This document shows, in pieces, positions 61,716 to 64,000 of a DNA stretch of 64,000 nucleotides. Position 1 is the first letter of the stretch. Every line of letters starts with the position of its first letter. The DNA comes from Vicinamibacteria bacterium. GTDB lineage: Bacteria > Acidobacteriota > Vicinamibacteria > Marinacidobacterales > Marinacidobacteraceae. Position numbers and translations under genes: made by a program. The stretch covers positions 1,280,001 to 1,344,000 of the forward strand of contig CAXXLQ010000004.1 of NCBI GenBank assembly GCA_963668695.2, written 5' to 3'. The notes below the pieces were generated by a model. That model saw only the letters and a list, made by a program, of their open reading frames with translations. It was not told the origin of the DNA and did no database searches.

Positions 61716-61743
61716 TGCCGGCCTGAAGGCCGGCGTCCCCAGG
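61716..61743. repeat. REP-like GC hairpin
   Basis: gccggcctgaaggccggc palindrome followed by gtcccca. Confidence 0.35.
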
Positions 61744-61808
61744 GACCGCGCTAGAATCCGCCGCTCGACCGGAGGGGATGCCGGTGTCTGTGAGCGGAGG
61801 CGATCCAC

Positions 61809-62216
61809 TTGAAGATTGAAGAAGCGAGTCCGTTCCTGCAGGCGAATGCCGTAGCGCAGCGGGTACGTCAACTGATCCTCGGGGCGGTGCCGAAGGTGAA
61901 GACTTCGTCGCGCCGGCCGACCGCGATTGCCCTCGCGGAATTGAAGGCCGGCAGGCTCGAGGTCTATGACCCGAGAGAGGCAGCGGAAATGCTGACGGAA
62001 GACAGCGAGGATCTCAGTGAGGAGGAGCGGGCGGCCGCCGAGGCGGCGCGCGCCAGCTTCGAGCAGATGTTCGCCGAGGCGGCTGGGGGTGTGGATCTCC
62101 ACGCCGCTGCCGAGCAGTTCGACGCGCCAGGGCGGGAACCGGAGGCCGGCCTTGGGGGGACGACGGCCGTAGCGGGGAGCGGGACCGAAGCGTCCACGGA
62201 AGCGCCGACCGAATAG
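61809..62216 (+). CDS. rpoZ: RNA polymerase omega subunit with acidic C-terminal extension
   Basis: PFLQANAVAQRVRQLILGAVPKV...PTAIALAELKAGRL matches the omega consensus; TTG start. Confidence 0.7.
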   Translation: MKIEEASPFLQANAVAQRVRQLILGAVPKVKTSSRRPTAIALAELKAGRLEVYDPREAAEMLTEDSEDLSEEERAAAEAARASFEQMFAEAAGGVDLHAAAEQFDAPGREPEAGLGGTTAVAGSGTEASTEAPTE

Positions 62217-62300
62217 CCCCGCCCGGCGTCCCGCGGCGAACCGGGACAACTCGCTGGCGCACGCGCGCCTCTCGCGTACCCTTCGCGTGGGAGGAATTGT

Positions 62301-63620
62301 ATGAACTCCGGTTTTCTCCGAGGGGCCGCCGCTGCGGTTCTCGTTTGCTCGCTCGTCCCGGCCGCGGCCGAGGCCAAGACTGAAGCCCGCATCCGCTGGG
62401 AGCGGATGTGTCAGATCCGAGCTGACAAGTTCGATCTCGTTCTGCCCGAGGCAATGCGCGGGAACGGAATCGACATGTGGATCACGGTGATGAAGGAGGG
62501 ACACCGGGATCCCCTCTGGGAGGATCTCGGCCGCGGCTACGTCGGCAGCACCGGCTACATCATCTTTAGCGACCGGGGCGGTGACCGCATCGAGCGGGTC
62601 GCCATCGGGATCACCGGCTACAAGATCGAGCGTTGCGGGGTCTACGACCAGGTGGTCGGCAGCGCCGATCTCGCGGAGTTCGTGCGGGAGCGCGACCCGC
62701 AGCGCATCGGCGTGAACATGTCCCGCAGCATCGGGGCGGCCGACGGCCTTTCCCACACGAGTTGGCTGCACCTGCGGGAGACGCTCGGCGAGGCGTACGC
62801 GGATCGCATGGTCTCGGCCGAGAAATTGATTTCGGACTTTCGTTCCCGGCGGGTGGCGAGCGAGATCGTCGCCTTCGGAGAGGCTGGTGAGTGGTCGCGG
62901 AAGATCGCCGAGCGCGCCTTCTCGAACGAGGTGATTACCCCCGGGATTACGGCGCTCGAGGACGTCGCCTGGTGGGTCGAGCAGCAACTGCTCGAGAACG
63001 GTCTCGACACCTCCTTCGGGATGCCCTCCATCTACATCACCGGTCCAACCGGCATCGAGGCCACCTCGAACGAACGGATCATCCAGCGGGGCGACCTGTT
63101 GATGATTGATTGGGGAGTCGGGTATCTGAACTTCTACACGGACATGAAGCGGATCGCCTACGTCCTCCGGGAAGGCGAAGTGGCTGTGCCTCCGGGCATC
63201 CAGAACGCCTTCGATCGCGGGCGCGCCGCCCGGGACGTGATTCGCCGTACCATCAAGCCGGGGCCCACGGCGGGGGCCATGCTGGAGCGGCTCGGCGAGG
63301 CGCTGACCGAGGCCGGTTTCCAGGTGATCGAATTCAACCAGCCGACCGGCCAGGACACGACGGACGTGGTGATCGGCTGTCATTCGGTGGGCAACCTCGG
63401 CCACGGGATCGGTCCCTCGATCGCCTGGTTCAACCCGACCCGTCTGGAATACGAAATCGTGCCCTCGAATATGTTTTCCATCGAGCTCTTCGCCTACACC
63501 AAGGCGGATGAGTTCGGCGGGGCCAAGATCCGCATCCCGCTCGAAGATGACGCCATCGTCACCGCGCGGGGCGTGGAGTGGTTTTATCCCGCGAACGACC
63601 GGATCCTGCTGATCCGCTAA
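62301..63620 (+). CDS. M24 family (Xaa-Pro) metallopeptidase, secreted
   Basis: GDLLMIDWGV...YTDMKR, HSVG..GH, SIE, LEDD metal ligands. Confidence 0.88.
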   Translation: MNSGFLRGAAAAVLVCSLVPAAAEAKTEARIRWERMCQIRADKFDLVLPEAMRGNGIDMWITVMKEGHRDPLWEDLGRGYVGSTGYIIFSDRGGDRIERVAIGITGYKIERCGVYDQVVGSADLAEFVRERDPQRIGVNMSRSIGAADGLSHTSWLHLRETLGEAYADRMVSAEKLISDFRSRRVASEIVAFGEAGEWSRKIAERAFSNEVITPGITALEDVAWWVEQQLLENGLDTSFGMPSIYITGPTGIEATSNERIIQRGDLLMIDWGVGYLNFYTDMKRIAYVLREGEVAVPPGIQNAFDRGRAARDVIRRTIKPGPTAGAMLERLGEALTEAGFQVIEFNQPTGQDTTDVVIGCHSVGNLGHGIGPSIAWFNPTRLEYEIVPSNMFSIELFAYTKADEFGGAKIRIPLEDDAIVTARGVEWFYPANDRILLIR

Positions 63621-63630
63621 GGAGGCCGAC

Positions 63631-64000
63631 ATGCGGCCAATTCTCGTCATTCCCACCGCAGCCCTCTTCCTCATCCTGCCCGCGTTGGCGAGCGCCCAGC
63701 TCCGCTCCCAGTCGGAGTTGAACGCCCGGGACGCCGATCCGGGCTTCCGACTGACCCTGGATCATCTCGGGGGAGGCGATCGCGTTTTCGGCCTGGCGCC
63801 GCGCGACCTGAGTTGGTCACCCGACGGCAAGGAGGTCTATTTCCGCTGGCGCGAGGATCCGAAGCCCGGACAGCTACCGGATGACGATCCCTGGTTTTCG
63901 GTCGATGGCGACGGCCGGGACCTCAGGCAACTGGACGACGCCGAGATCCGCCTCGTTCCGGGGACGAACATGGTGCGCACGGTCTCGGGGGACACGGCCG
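63631..64000 (+). CDS. N-terminus of a secreted beta-propeller protein, probably S9 peptidase (truncated by window end)
   Basis: GGAGG RBS, signal peptide MRPILVIPTAALFLILPALASAQ, LSWSPDGKEVYFRW. Confidence 0.6.
   Translation, partial: MRPILVIPTAALFLILPALASAQLRSQSELNARDADPGFRLTLDHLGGGDRVFGLAPRDLSWSPDGKEVYFRWREDPKPGQLPDDDPWFSVDGDGRDLRQLDDAEIRLVPGTNMVRTVSGDTA

Overview
GC-rich bacterial chromosomal segment. An Acidobacteriota-like origin is inferred from the VWFA-related protein, the CRTAC1/ASPIC protein and the CGxxGPPLPP lipoprotein. Housekeeping content: glycerate kinase, ECF sigma, hslVU, transaldolase, an acyl-CoA carboxylase trio, tamB/Omp85/SurA-like genes, a sigma-70, two amidases, PhzF, rnhA, ABC-F, TPR proteins, trpDCFBA plus a DAHP-synthase homologue, a Rieske/split cytochrome b/octaheme cytochrome c/aa3-oxidase cluster, Nudix, TlpA, rpoZ and peptidases. 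The most unusual signal is a non-coding MITE-like repeat family of about 14 copies covering about 6% of the window. Its unit is about 181 bp with RCAGCC...GGCTGY ends and a TA duplication. It targets and regenerates stop codons, forms Russian-doll arrays (n left halves, then n right halves), carries an 18-bp motif at five different internal positions, and sits in-frame inside protein genes. Also notable: an AhpD-like CxxU selenoprotein with a SECIS hairpin, a WRW trp leader peptide with attenuator-like stems, and a catalytically degenerate DAHP synthase. No transposase, tRNA, rRNA or CRISPR array was seen.
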